64,000 nucleotides of DNA from an uncultured Actinomycetota bacterium (GTDB taxonomy: Bacteria; Actinomycetota; Actinomycetes; JAHEKZ01). The notes under the pieces were generated by a model, which was given only the letters and a program-made list of their open reading frames with translations, did no database searches and had not been told where the DNA came from. Positions within the stretch are counted from its first letter, which is position 1; the number at the start of each line of letters is the position of its first letter. Shown here piece by piece: positions 52,698-63,053 of the stretch. Location: positions 1,696,001-1,760,000 of the forward strand of contig CAWHIJ010000003.1 in assembly GCA_963829525.1 (NCBI GenBank). The letters run 5' to 3'. Position numbers and translations under genes: made by a program.

Positions 52698-54061
52698 CTG
52701 ACACGAACACCGCCCTCACGGACGACGAGCGCCGCCGGCAGCAGCGTGCCTGGTACTTCTACGACTGGGCGAACTCTGCGTTTTCGACCACGGTTGTCAC
52801 GGTCTTCCTCGGTCCTTACCTGACAACCCTCGCCGAGGATGCTGCCGGCCCGGACGGCCGTGTGGGCTTCCTCTTCTGGGATGTTCGGCCCGGCACCTAC
52901 TTCTCGCTGCTCGTCTCGATCTCGGTGATTCTCCAGGTTCTCGTACTTCCCGTGACGGGTGCGATTGCTGACCGGTTAGGGCACCAGCGTCAGCTACTTG
53001 CGACCTTCGCGGCGATTGGCTCCGTCGCGACGATGACCATGGTCGTGCTCACCGATGGGCGGTTTGTTCTCGGTGGCTTCTTGCTTGTACTGGCCAACCT
53101 TGCGTTCGGTATGAGTGTTGTTGTCTACAACGCCTTTCTCCCCCAGATCTCAACGGCTGACGAACGGGACCGTGTCTCTTCGCAGGGTTGGGCGTTGGGC
53201 TATCTCGGCGGAGCGGTGCTGCTGGTCCTGAACCTTGCCCTGTACTTGGGGCATGACGCCTTTGGGCTCTCTGAGCGAGAAGCTGTGCGGATCAGTCTGC
53301 TCTCTGCTGGGATCTGGTGGGCGGCATTTTCGATCATCCCGGTGATGGGGTTGCGAAACCTGCATCGCCCGCCGGTCGGTGAGACCGAGCCCGGTACATC
53401 GGTCAGGGGCGGTCTCCTCACCAGTGGCTTCCGCCAGCTTGGTGAAACGCTCCGCGATATCCGCCGATATCCGCAGACCGTTCTCTTCCTGTTTGCGTAT
53501 CTGCTCTACAACGACGGTATCCAGACCGTGATTGCACTTGCGGCTGTCTATATCGAGAAGGAACTGCTCCTCGACACGTCCGTCTCCATCTCGGTCATCC
53601 TGTTGGTGCAGATCGTTGCCTTCGCCGGGGCGCTAGCCCTGGGGCGGCTCGCTGCCCAATGGGGTGCCAAGAGGGTGATTCTGGGCGCACTGGTCGTGTG
53701 GGGCGCCATCTTGGTCGTGGCGTACTTCCTGCCCGAAAAGGAGGCGATCTGGGTCTATGGAATCGCAGCCGCGATTGGATTCGTGCTGGGCGGTTCCCAA
53801 GCACTTTCCCGATCGCTCTACTCACAGCTGATTCCCCGAAGCCGTGAGGCAGAGTATTTCGCCTTCTACGAGATCTCTGAACGCGGGACGAGCTGGCTCG
53901 GGACGCTGACCTTTGCCCTCACCTATGAGGTGTCCGGCTCCTACCGGGTCGCCATCGTTGTCCTGGTGACCTTCTTCGTTCTCGGTGGCCTGCTCCTGCA
54001 CCGGGTGCGCGTCGGCGAAGCAATCGACGCCGTGGGGAACCAGCGGCCGGCCGTCATCTGA
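52694..54061 (+). CDS. MFS transporter (UMF1/Atg22-like)
   Basis: AWYFYDWANSAF, YNAFLP, GWALGYLGG, GGSQALSRS; about 12 TM. Confidence 0.9.
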   Translation: MTDTNTALTDDERRRQQRAWYFYDWANSAFSTTVVTVFLGPYLTTLAEDAAGPDGRVGFLFWDVRPGTYFSLLVSISVILQVLVLPVTGAIADRLGHQRQLLATFAAIGSVATMTMVVLTDGRFVLGGFLLVLANLAFGMSVVVYNAFLPQISTADERDRVSSQGWALGYLGGAVLLVLNLALYLGHDAFGLSEREAVRISLLSAGIWWAAFSIIPVMGLRNLHRPPVGETEPGTSVRGGLLTSGFRQLGETLRDIRRYPQTVLFLFAYLLYNDGIQTVIALAAVYIEKELLLDTSVSISVILLVQIVAFAGALALGRLAAQWGAKRVILGALVVWGAILVVAYFLPEKEAIWVYGIAAAIGFVLGGSQALSRSLYSQLIPRSREAEYFAFYEISERGTSWLGTLTFALTYEVSGSYRVAIVVLVTFFVLGGLLLHRVRVGEAIDAVGNQRPAVI

Positions 54062-54360
54062 ACCTCGGGCCGGCGTTGGCCAGTCCGGGGATGGCGAATC
54101 ACTTGAGGTTTACGTCTCGAAATCGTGGGTAGAACCGCACGATTAGCGTTTCGTCGACGGTGATCGAGAGCGACCAGGACCAGCCCACCGGAACCAGAGG
54201 AGCTGTCCCCCGCTCGGCGGCTTGCGAAAGGTGGCATGTCGGCGTCACCCTGGAGGTCCAGTAATGCGACAAAACAGACAGATCGGGCGGGAACCAATCG
54301 CACCGGGAATCCGTCGGACCAGAAAGACGTTGCGGTAGGCATAGACATTGGAGGCTGACC

Positions 54361-54714
54361 ATGGCTGAGCGCTCGCTTCGGGGAACCCGTCTGGGTGCGA
54401 CGAGCTACGAGAACGATGAGGGTGTTGAGCCCGCGGCTCGCCTCGACGTCACGTATGACTGCCCTGAAGGTCACTCCTTCACGATGCCGTTCTCGGTGGA
54501 AGCCGATGTACCGGCTCGCTGGGAGTGCCGCGTGTGCGGTGCTGTTGCCATCGGTCGGGATGTGCCTCTCTCGGAAGAGAAAGCGATCAAGCCTTCCCGC
54601 ACCCACTGGGACATGCTGCTGGAGCGACGCTCTATCCCTGAACTCGAAGAGCTGCTCGAAGAGCGCCTAGAGCTGTTGCGGGCCTCCGGTGCTGCCGTCC
54701 GTCGCTCAGCCTAG
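54361..54714 (+). CDS. rbpA: RNA polymerase-binding protein RbpA
   Basis: LRGTRLGATSYE, C..H…C..C, RTHWDMLLERRSIPELEELL.ERL. Confidence 0.96.
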   Translation: MAERSLRGTRLGATSYENDEGVEPAARLDVTYDCPEGHSFTMPFSVEADVPARWECRVCGAVAIGRDVPLSEEKAIKPSRTHWDMLLERRSIPELEELLEERLELLRASGAAVRRSA

Positions 54715-55190
54715 GAGCGGTCGTCGAGATCTTCGCCCGGATTCTGCACGATCTCCCCGCGCACGACGCGTCCCCCGGTCGAGTCGTCCTGGACGACCTC
54801 ACCCGGCACGATGTCAGTACGGGTGAGCCGCCCACTGTCATCATCCCAGCGCAAGATGCTCAGGTTCCAAGACGCAAGACGGCGGGCGACTCGTTGTCCG
54901 ATCCAGACCCGCAGCAGGGCGCGGACTGGTGGCAGCAACAGAAGCAGCCCTACTACGTCCGACACGTAACCCGGCAGCAGCAACAGGACGCCGGCCGTCA
55001 TCAGGATCGCGCTGTCGGTGTTGCGCGGCCGCCGGCGCCACGCTGATCGCATCACGACGATGCCGAGAATGACTCCTGCGAGCAACAGCAGCGTCGCTGG
55101 GCCGAACCCAACCGCCTCGACCACCAGGGAGCCGACGTACAGCTCAAGGACAGGAATTGCGACGAAGAACAGCAGGAAGACGATAAGCAT
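54711..55190 (-). CDS. fxsA: FxsA family membrane protein
   Basis: P..E, GVLLLLPGYVSDVVGLLLLLPPVR; lnt-ppm1-fxsA-rbpA synteny; TAATG overlap. Confidence 0.85.
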   Translation of the reverse strand: MLIVFLLFFVAIPVLELYVGSLVVEAVGFGPATLLLLAGVILGIVVMRSAWRRRPRNTDSAILMTAGVLLLLPGYVSDVVGLLLLLPPVRALLRVWIGQRVARRLASWNLSILRWDDDSGRLTRTDIVPGEVVQDDSTGGRVVRGEIVQNPGEDLDDRS

Positions 55191-55930
55191 TAACCGCGAC
55201 CTCGTTGACTCACGTGGCCGGCGCGGCTCAGCACACCCCACTGCGTGACGCGCCAGAGTGCTTCGGCAACGATCGCCCCGCTCATCTTGCTGTCCCCCTG
55301 CTCGCGTTCGACGAATGTGATCGGTACCTCGACGATCCGCAGCCCAGCTGCTGCGGCACGTCGGGTCAGGTCGACCTGGAAGCAGTAGCCCTGCGAGGAG
55401 ACCGTGGACAGGTCCATCCGCTCGAGGGAACTGCGGCGATACGCGCGGTACCCGGCAGTGGCGTCGCGGACCCCGAGCCCGAGCATGATCTGGGTGTAGC
55501 GGTTTCCGCCTTGGGAAAGCCATTGCCGGTGGCGTGGCCAGTTCGCCACGCCTCCTCCGGGAACCCAGCGAGATCCGATGACCGCGTCGGCGTCCTGGAG
55601 GGCAACCAGCATCGCCGGCAGGTACTCGGGACGATGGGAGCCATCGGCATCCATCTCCACGAGCACGTCAAAGCCACGGCTCATTCCCCACCGAAAACCC
55701 GCCAGATATGCCGCACCGAGCCCATTCTTGGCGGTGCGGTGCAGAACTTGGATGTGGTCGTCACCTGACGCAAGCGAGTCGGCGAGATCGCCGGTGCCAT
55801 CGGGACTGTTGTCGTCGACGATGAGGATGTGCGCGTCGGGCGTGGCCGTTCGAACCCGCTGCACGATGGGCGGCAGTGAGTCCCGTTCGTTGTAGGTCGG
55901 GATGATGACCAGGACGTCGTCGTCGCTCAT
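55190..55930 (-). CDS. ppm1: Polyprenol monophosphomannose synthase (GT2)
   Basis: IIPTYNE, VDDNSPDGTG, EMDADGSH, GSRWVPGG; ATG at 55930. Confidence 0.93.
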   Translation of the reverse strand: MSDDDVLVIIPTYNERDSLPPIVQRVRTATPDAHILIVDDNSPDGTGDLADSLASGDDHIQVLHRTAKNGLGAAYLAGFRWGMSRGFDVLVEMDADGSHRPEYLPAMLVALQDADAVIGSRWVPGGGVANWPRHRQWLSQGGNRYTQIMLGLGVRDATAGYRAYRRSSLERMDLSTVSSQGYCFQVDLTRRAAAAGLRIVEVPITFVEREQGDSKMSGAIVAEALWRVTQWGVLSRAGHVSQRGRG

Positions 55931-57498
55931 GTTGCGATTCTGCCTCGTCGGCGCACGGCGGCCAGCACGACCGCACCGAGTCCCAAAAGGGAGAGGATCA
56001 ACTCGGGCCAAGCCCCCAAACGGGTAGCGAGCGTCTCGTCGGTACGAGCCACCACAGGCTCGACAACGACCTGCTGCACGAACTCGGGGGTCTTGGCCCG
56101 GACTGAGCCGTCGGGGGCGACGACGCCGCTGATGCCGCTGGTGGAGGCAACCAGGACGCTGCGGCCATGCTCCACCGCTCGGAGTCGGCTCATGGCCCAC
56201 TGCTGCTCAACCTGACCAGTGCGTCCATACGTGGCGTTGTTGGTCTGCACCGTGATCAACTCGCCCCCGCCGGCCACGGCATCACGGACGGCCGCGTCAT
56301 ACGAGACGTCGAAGCAAATGACATCGGCAACAGTCACCGGACCAAGGTCGAGCACCCCTGGTGCGTCACCAGCGACGAAGTCGCGCGGAATTCGGTCGAG
56401 TCGCGAGATGAACTTCTGGGCGATGGATCGGTACGGGACGTACTCGCCGAACGGCACCAAGTTCTGCTTGACGTACGACGCACCCGGTCCGGTGACTGGG
56501 TCCCAGACCGTGCCCTGGTTAGCCACCCGCTCCCCGCCGTCGACCTCTATGACCATTCCGACAAGCACCGGGACGCCCACATCCTTGACCGCAGCATCGA
56601 TAGCGGCAAACGCCTCGGCGTCCAGGGCCGGGTCGATGTCTGAGGCGTTCTCCGGCCAAATGACCACGTCAGGCGCAGCGACCCTGCCAGCTCTGACGTC
56701 ATTGGCAAGTTGGTGGGTAGCCTGCAGGTGAGCCGACAGCACCGCCTCGCGCTGTCCAAAGGCATCCATCCCGGTTCGCGGAACATTTCCCTGCACGATC
56801 GCGACGGTGACTTGACGCCCATTGGTTGTAAGCGGGATCGCGAGGCCGCTGAGCACGATGACAGCAGCGGCGCCAGCCGCGAGAGAAGCCCGAAGCACGC
56901 GTCTCCGAACGGCAGCCCTGACCGCCACAAGCACCAGAGCGCCCGTGAGCACGAGAAGGAAACCCAACAAGGGCACGCCACCCACCGAGACCCAGGCTGC
57001 GGTGGGGGCATCGGCCTGGGAATGGCCCAATCGGCCCCAGGGGAAGCCGCCGAACGGCACCCGGCCCCGAAGCGCCTCGACGCCGACCCACCAACACGCA
57101 ACCCAGAACGGCCATCCCGGTAGGCGCAGGAGCAGTGCGGCTCCGACTCCGAACAGCGCGGTGAAGGCCGCGGACATGCCCACCACCAGTAACCAGGCAT
57201 CGGGGCCGATGACCCGCAGCCACGGCGTCAGCAGGCCGAAGAAGACCAGTCCGAAGACGGACCCGAGGAGGGCGCCGCGGGGCACCGGGCGGCGGGCCCG
57301 CGTGCCGATTTCCACGGCGCCGAGCACGCCTGCCACGGCAAGGGGGGCTAACCACCACAGGTCGTAGGGGGGGAAGGCAAGCACCAAGACCCCGCCGGCC
57401 GCTGCCGATGCCAGAACGGCCGTCCAGAGGGGAACGGGTCGGACTGGATCCGGCTCAATGTCTTGAGCCGTGGGCAGTCCCTCGGCGACAGCACTCAC
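55927..57498 (-). CDS. lnt: Apolipoprotein N-acyltransferase
   Basis: GGFPW, VQGN, WPEN (Glu), KQNLVPFGEY (Lys), ICFD (Cys), TNNA. Confidence 0.95.
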   Translation of the reverse strand: MSAVAEGLPTAQDIEPDPVRPVPLWTAVLASAAAGGVLVLAFPPYDLWWLAPLAVAGVLGAVEIGTRARRPVPRGALLGSVFGLVFFGLLTPWLRVIGPDAWLLVVGMSAAFTALFGVGAALLLRLPGWPFWVACWWVGVEALRGRVPFGGFPWGRLGHSQADAPTAAWVSVGGVPLLGFLLVLTGALVLVAVRAAVRRRVLRASLAAGAAAVIVLSGLAIPLTTNGRQVTVAIVQGNVPRTGMDAFGQREAVLSAHLQATHQLANDVRAGRVAAPDVVIWPENASDIDPALDAEAFAAIDAAVKDVGVPVLVGMVIEVDGGERVANQGTVWDPVTGPGASYVKQNLVPFGEYVPYRSIAQKFISRLDRIPRDFVAGDAPGVLDLGPVTVADVICFDVSYDAAVRDAVAGGGELITVQTNNATYGRTGQVEQQWAMSRLRAVEHGRSVLVASTSGISGVVAPDGSVRAKTPEFVQQVVVEPVVARTDETLATRLGAWPELILSLLGLGAVVLAAVRRRGRIAT

Positions 57499-57528
57499 CC
57501 GATGACGGTAACCCGTGAGAAGCCTCGA

Positions 57529-57954
57529 TCACGAGTCGGACGTGTCGGGGGCTGCCGTGGCTGGCGGGACGACGATGGTGCCGATGGCAGAGACAGCCAG
57601 TTCTGGCTGGGCGAGCACCTCGGCTGCAGCCTCGCCGAGGTCTGGGCGACCTCGACTGACGACGTGGGCAGTGAACGTGAGCTCGCGGCTGCGCCGCCCC
57701 ACCCTGCTGACCGCCGCGGTCACCTCCAGGACGTCGCCTGCGCGCACGGGGGCGGTGAACTGGATGTCGGAGTAAGAGGCGAAGAGCCCCTCGTCGCCAT
57801 CGGTAACGATCATTAGGTCCGTGGCGACATCGCCAAAGAGCCCTAGTGTGTAGGCGCCGTCGACGAGGTTGCCTGCGTAGTGGGCGTGTGAGTACGGAAC
57901 ATACCGCCGATGGGTGACGCTCTTCCCCAACCTGATGTCGTCCGTGCTTGACAT
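57529..57954 (-). CDS. kal: 3-aminobutyryl-CoA ammonia-lyase (hotdog fold)
   Basis: AHYAGNLVDGA, FGDVAT, DGDEGLF, F.APV.AGD; in operon with kamDE/kdd. Confidence 0.88.
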   Translation of the reverse strand: MSSTDDIRLGKSVTHRRYVPYSHAHYAGNLVDGAYTLGLFGDVATDLMIVTDGDEGLFASYSDIQFTAPVRAGDVLEVTAAVSRVGRRSRELTFTAHVVSRGRPDLGEAAAEVLAQPELAVSAIGTIVVPPATAAPDTSDS

Positions 57955-58778
57955 CAGCGTGCTCCCGCCTTGTTGGTCGACTTCTTCTTGGCCCTGGTCT
58001 TCTTCTTGGCCTTTGCCCGACGAGTTCCTGCCGGTGTCGCACAGAGTCGGTGCGCCAGGTAGCTGGCGACCTCGCCGGGTGTCGTGCCCTTCACAAAAAT
58101 GCGGTCGACGCCCAGCTCGGAGGCCGCACCTTCATCGAAGCGCGGGCCCCCAACGATCAGGACCGGGGTGGTGCCCGTCGGATACGCCTCGCGAAACGCA
58201 GCCGACATTTGTGTGACGTTGTGCAGGTGCGCCTCTCGCTGCGTGACGACCTGGCTGACGAGGACGGCATCGGCCTTGAGGTTCTGTGCATGCTCCACCA
58301 GGTCTGGGACCGATACCTGCGCACCTAGGTTGTGGACCTCGAGACCGCTGTAGGCCTCCAGGCCCTTCTCCCCCGCCCAGCCCTTGATGTTCAAGATGGC
58401 GTCGATGCCGACGGTATGTGCATCGGTACCGATGCAGGCACCCATCACGACGAGCGGGCGCCGCAACGCGCGCTTGACCGCAGCGCTCACCTCTTTGGGA
58501 GTGAGCAGTGGAAACTCGCGTTCGATGACGACGACTTTGTTGAGATCGACCAAGTGACTGCATCGTCCGTAGACGACGAAGAAGGTGAAGTGCGGTCCCA
58601 TCTGCTTGGCATGCACCACCATCGCCGGTTCCAGCCCCATCTTGGCCGCCAGCTGGAGTGCTGCTCCCTCAGCCCGCTTGTCGTGGGCGATAGGCAGTGT
58701 GAACGAGACCTGAACCTGGCCGTCACCGGTGGCATCACCGTACGGTCGGATGATGTGCGACTCCTCTCGCTTGCTCAT
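57954..58778 (-). CDS. kamE: Lysine 5,6-aminomutase beta subunit (B12-binding)
   Basis: PYGD..GDG.VQVSFTLP, GTDAHTVGIDAILNIKG (DxHxxG plus PLP Lys), LVSQVVTQ. Confidence 0.93.
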   Translation of the reverse strand: MSKREESHIIRPYGDATGDGQVQVSFTLPIAHDKRAEGAALQLAAKMGLEPAMVVHAKQMGPHFTFFVVYGRCSHLVDLNKVVVIEREFPLLTPKEVSAAVKRALRRPLVVMGACIGTDAHTVGIDAILNIKGWAGEKGLEAYSGLEVHNLGAQVSVPDLVEHAQNLKADAVLVSQVVTQREAHLHNVTQMSAAFREAYPTGTTPVLIVGGPRFDEGAASELGVDRIFVKGTTPGEVASYLAHRLCATPAGTRRAKAKKKTRAKKKSTNKAGAR

Positions 58779-60367
58779 CAAGCTTGCCCCTTCGCGTCGG
58801 CGAAGTACTCATCGAGTAGCTCGCTGGCCGGGTTGTAGTACGCACTGGAGTGCCTGGCGACGCCATCGAGTCCGCGACCAGCGTCAGCTGGCCGCTTCAT
58901 CAGCCCAAACGTTCCGTCGGCGATCGCGTTCAGCAGCTGGTCGTCCACGATGCGTTCGAGCAGCTCGATGGCCTCACCGAGCACCTGGTGGGAGCGCTGC
59001 ACGATGAAGCCGTCATGGGCTGGAACGAAGTCCTCGGCGAGCCCACGGGTCGACTCCATCACATAGCGAACGTTCTGCAAGGCAAGGTCACGATCCGACA
59101 GCCACGGAGTGTGGACGGCCTCGGTCAACATGCCGACCAGCAGGATGTCCTGGGCCGTCATAGAGCCAACCAGGTTGAAGAACCCGTTAAGCAGGTAGCC
59201 ACCGAACACGTCGCCGGTCATGTGCTTGGTGGGTGGCATCCACTTCAAAGGTGCGTTCGGAAAGAGCTCTCGGGCCAGCAACGCGTGCGCCAGTTCGAGT
59301 CGAAAGGACTCCGGGACCGTGGGATTGATCTCGAAGGCGTGACCAAGGCCGAGCTGTGCATCGGCCAGCCCAGCCTCTTTTCCGAAGAACTCGTTGAGCA
59401 GCTGACTGACTGTGACGGTGTGCGCCGCCTCGACTCCATCTGCCGTTGTGAGGTAGTTGTCTTCGCCGGTGTTGATGATGATCCCGGCCCGTGCATGGAC
59501 CTGCCGACTGAAGCGCTGGTCGACGAAGGTGCGAATCGGGTTGATGTCGCGAAAAAGGATCCCGTACATCGAGTCATTGAGCATCATGTCAAGTCGTTCA
59601 AGGCCAGCCAGCGTCGCGATCTCAGGCATACAGAGGCCCGACGCGTAGTTGGTCAGTCGCACGTAGCGTCCGAGTTCGGCTGAGACATCGTCCAGGGCTG
59701 CACGCATCAGACGGAAGTTCTCTTGGGTCGCGTACGTGCCTGCGTAGCCTTCTCGGGTCGGCCCTTCCGGAACGAAGTCGAGCAGCGACTGTCCCGTTGA
59801 TCGAATCACAGCGACGATGTCAGCGCCTTCACGCGCGGCTGCCTGAGCCTGCGGCATGTCCTCGTAGATGTCACCGGTGGCAACGATCAGGTAGATCCAA
59901 GGTTTTGGCGGATCGCCATACTTCTTGGTGAATCGGTCGCGCGTCTTTCGATTGTTATCGATCTTGCGTAGGCCAGCCGCCGCCGCTTTACGCGATGCGG
60001 TTCGGGCGCGGCTGGCCTCTCGACCTTCCGGCGCATGGAAGATGACTCCTCCCGCGGCGGCCTTCTGCGCAAGCTCGGTGAGGTCGGCGTACTCGCCGGA
60101 CGCCAGTGCATGCCAGACCGGGAGGGAGACGCCGTGCTCGAGACCCACGTCTTGTCTGACCGCGTCGACAACGTGGTTTACCCAGGGCTCGCCCTCGGCG
60201 TCAGCGCCGGAAAGACCAGCCAGACGCAGTACCGCCCGCTCGACAGAAACCGTGGTGTGTGTCTTGGCAAGAGTCACGATCGGCCTGCCGGCCTTTCGCG
60301 CGAGGCTGCGTGCCTTGCGGACCACCGTCGGATCGAGTTCGAGCTTTCCCTTGCCCCGTCGCGTCAC
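58778..60367 (-). CDS. kamD: Lysine 5,6-aminomutase alpha subunit
   Basis: HTTVSVERAVLRL, IYLIVATGDIYED, IRSTGQSLLD, NYASGLCMPE, INTGEDNY, MPPTKHMTG; GTG at 60367. Confidence 0.94.
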   Translation of the reverse strand: MTRRGKGKLELDPTVVRKARSLARKAGRPIVTLAKTHTTVSVERAVLRLAGLSGADAEGEPWVNHVVDAVRQDVGLEHGVSLPVWHALASGEYADLTELAQKAAAGGVIFHAPEGREASRARTASRKAAAAGLRKIDNNRKTRDRFTKKYGDPPKPWIYLIVATGDIYEDMPQAQAAAREGADIVAVIRSTGQSLLDFVPEGPTREGYAGTYATQENFRLMRAALDDVSAELGRYVRLTNYASGLCMPEIATLAGLERLDMMLNDSMYGILFRDINPIRTFVDQRFSRQVHARAGIIINTGEDNYLTTADGVEAAHTVTVSQLLNEFFGKEAGLADAQLGLGHAFEINPTVPESFRLELAHALLARELFPNAPLKWMPPTKHMTGDVFGGYLLNGFFNLVGSMTAQDILLVGMLTEAVHTPWLSDRDLALQNVRYVMESTRGLAEDFVPAHDGFIVQRSHQVLGEAIELLERIVDDQLLNAIADGTFGLMKRPADAGRGLDGVARHSSAYYNPASELLDEYFADAKGQA

Positions 60368-61983
60368 GGACCACTCCCAGGTTTGATCGACTGAACAACG
60401 TCCCTGGCGTAGACCGTACGACCAGCGACGACCGTCTGCAGGCAGACGGGGTCGGTTGTGCCAGGTTCGAGTGACGGCAGACCTGGAACCCCTGCCCGCG
60501 GATCGGTCGACCAAGCGGAAACCCGATCGTCAGGCGTCTCGACGACGAGGTCGTCGCACTGCCAGACAGCCAGGTTCGCCGGCTCGCCCGGCGCAACCAC
60601 GCCACCACCGCGACCGGCTGCCCGCCAGCCACCCCTGGTGTGTGCAGTGAATGCGGCTCTGGCCGTCAGTCGTTCAGCCGGCTGGTGATGGTGAACCGCG
60701 GCTCGAATTGCCTGCCACGGGGCGAGCGGTGTCACCGGGGCGTCGGAGCCGAAGGCCATCGGGATGCCGGCGTCCTGCAGGGAGGCGAAAGGATTGAGTG
60801 TCGCGGCTCGACCGGAACCAAGCCGCTCGGAGTACATGCCGGAATCTCCACCCCACAAGAAGTCGAAGACTGGCTGCACGCTGGCGATCACGCCGAGCCG
60901 GGCAAGAAGCATCCGGGCCTGCTCGTCGACCATCTCGACATGCTCCAGACGGTGTTGGGCGGCCCGGATGACGTCGACGCCGACAGCGTCGGCGGCTTCG
61001 GCGAAGCCGCTGACGACCAGATCCATCGCACCGTCCCCGATCACGTGGTAACCCGCTTGAACACCGGCTGTCGAACAGGCAATGACGTGATCGCGGATCG
61101 TGGCCACCGAGGTGTAGGCGGCCCCAAAGGTGTCAGAGTCGGCGTACCGCTCACGCAGCAACGCGGTGCGGGAGCCGATGGCCCCGTCGACAAAATGATC
61201 TCCGGCAGCGCCGCGGGCGCCAAGCGACAGAGCGACGTCTGGCCCTCCACCCTCGCCCCAGTAGCCGACAACCTCGACACCCGATTCAGGGCCAACGGTT
61301 CCGAGCAAGTCGGTGAAGTCGTCGGCGCTGGAGATCTCCGGACCGCCGAGCTCGTGCACCATGCCGATCCCCAGCGACGCTGCGTGCTGCAGGCAAGCAC
61401 GCTGTGCAGCACGACGCTGGGAAGGGGTGACCGAGTCGAGTGCAATTCGACGGACCACATGGTGTGCCTCCTGCGACAGCCAGCCGTCAGCTGAGAACCC
61501 GGCAGCAGAGGACACTTCGGGCGCCAGGGCCAGCAGCGCCGATGAGGCAACGCACGAGTGCACGTCAACGCGCGACAGGTAGACCACTCCGCCGTATGAG
61601 GCCCTGTCAACCTCATCTCGTCTCGGCGGTCGTGCTTCTGGCCACCGGGTCTCGTCCCAGCCGTGGCCGAGGACCACCGCGCCACGCACGCTTCTCGCGT
61701 GTATCTCCAGACGGTGCAGCGCATCTTCGAGAGTCTTGGTGCCCGAGAGGTCGAGCCCGGACAGGTTCAAGCCCGTAGAAGTCGTGTGGACGTGGGCGTC
61801 GACGAATGCCGGGGCGAGGAGTGCCCCATCGAGCTCGACGACCGCATCAACGCTGTCGGCGTGGACGCGGGCAGCCTCTTCTGACCCAACCCAGACAATG
61901 AGGTCGTCCTGGGTCACCAGGGCGCTCGCGAAGGGGTCGACTGAGCTGTACACCGGTCCCCCGCGGTACAGCGTGGTGGTCAC
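60364..61983 (-). CDS. Metal-dependent amidohydrolase (Amidohydro_3/YtcJ-like)
   Basis: PAFVDAHVH, GWDE, DGAIGSRTA, YHVIGD, RLEH, FGSDAPV; GTGA overlaps with both neighbours. Confidence 0.9.
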   Translation of the reverse strand: MTTTLYRGGPVYSSVDPFASALVTQDDLIVWVGSEEAARVHADSVDAVVELDGALLAPAFVDAHVHTTSTGLNLSGLDLSGTKTLEDALHRLEIHARSVRGAVVLGHGWDETRWPEARPPRRDEVDRASYGGVVYLSRVDVHSCVASSALLALAPEVSSAAGFSADGWLSQEAHHVVRRIALDSVTPSQRRAAQRACLQHAASLGIGMVHELGGPEISSADDFTDLLGTVGPESGVEVVGYWGEGGGPDVALSLGARGAAGDHFVDGAIGSRTALLRERYADSDTFGAAYTSVATIRDHVIACSTAGVQAGYHVIGDGAMDLVVSGFAEAADAVGVDVIRAAQHRLEHVEMVDEQARMLLARLGVIASVQPVFDFLWGGDSGMYSERLGSGRAATLNPFASLQDAGIPMAFGSDAPVTPLAPWQAIRAAVHHHQPAERLTARAAFTAHTRGGWRAAGRGGGVVAPGEPANLAVWQCDDLVVETPDDRVSAWSTDPRAGVPGLPSLEPGTTDPVCLQTVVAGRTVYARDVVQSIKPGSGP

Positions 61984-63053
61984 CCCACACTCTCTTCGTG
62001 GGCCAGACGCCGTTCGAAGAGATCCCGAACGCCAGTCGATCGACGCAGAAGGTCGAAGGCGTACTCGGCATGGCCCGGCGTGTACCCGTTCCCGATCAGC
62101 ATGGTCGTGTCGGAGGCGAGCCCTTCGGCTCCGAGAGCGGCTGCGGTGAAGGACGTTGCCATCGAGAAGAAGATCACCGTGCCGCCGTCGGGCGACGTTG
62201 CCAAAATCGCGCCGTGCTCGCATCCGGGGACGTCGACGCAGACGACGGTGATATCTGCAGGAGCTCCGAGGGATTGTTCGACAGCCGCGGACAAAGCCAC
62301 TGGATCGCGTGCGTCTGCGATCGCAACGACGTCGGCTAGTGAAACCTCTCGCAGCAGGAGCGCCTCTGAGTCGATCGGGACGATGCCCACCGACTTGGTT
62401 GCACCACTGTCGCGGGCCGCCGCCAGCGAAAGTGAGCCACTCTTTCCGGCCCCACCGATCACCGCAACGGTCGGCGCCCGACCACGCTCCACGTACTGGC
62501 GCACCACGCGCGCAGTCAGGGCCGGCGCACCCGCGACATCCATGACCGCCATGGCAAGTGTCGGCGGGAGGTCTTCCGGTACCGAGGCTGCGATCGTACG
62601 GCCGAACAAGATTGCGTACCCCTCGCACGGCACCTGCTCACTGAGGCCGGTCCACCGTACGAGGCCGTCGGTGATGACGAGCGGCGTCAGGCTGAGTGAG
62701 ACCAATGTGGTGACTTGCTGCCCCACCTCCACGTCCAAGGTGGCCTCCGGGCCGACCTCGTCGACCAATCCGATGAGCATGCCACCCGACCCTGTGACGG
62801 GGTTCTGCATCTTGCCTCGGTCGGCGATGATCTGGAGTACCTCAGCCCTGACTGCGTCACCGTCGCCGTCGTGCTTGGTGATGAGCTGCCGGAAGGATGC
62901 GGCATCGAGGTTGAGCACTGAGACCGCGATCCGAATCTCGTCCGGCCAGATCTCGGGGCTGGCATTGACTTGTCGGGCCGCCTGCGGCAGGACCCCGCGT
63001 GGCTCAATGACACGGTGTAGTCCGACGGGGGACGATTGAGTCGTTCGGGTCAC
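61980..63053 (-). CDS. kdd: L-erythro-3,5-diaminohexanoate dehydrogenase
   Basis: GLHRVIEP.GVLPQ.A, LNLDAASF, RGKMQNPVTGSGGML, DVAGAPA, FSMATSF, IGNGY..GHA. Confidence 0.92.
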   Translation of the reverse strand: MTRTTQSSPVGLHRVIEPRGVLPQAARQVNASPEIWPDEIRIAVSVLNLDAASFRQLITKHDGDGDAVRAEVLQIIADRGKMQNPVTGSGGMLIGLVDEVGPEATLDVEVGQQVTTLVSLSLTPLVITDGLVRWTGLSEQVPCEGYAILFGRTIAASVPEDLPPTLAMAVMDVAGAPALTARVVRQYVERGRAPTVAVIGGAGKSGSLSLAAARDSGATKSVGIVPIDSEALLLREVSLADVVAIADARDPVALSAAVEQSLGAPADITVVCVDVPGCEHGAILATSPDGGTVIFFSMATSFTAAALGAEGLASDTTMLIGNGYTPGHAEYAFDLLRRSTGVRDLFERRLAHEESVG

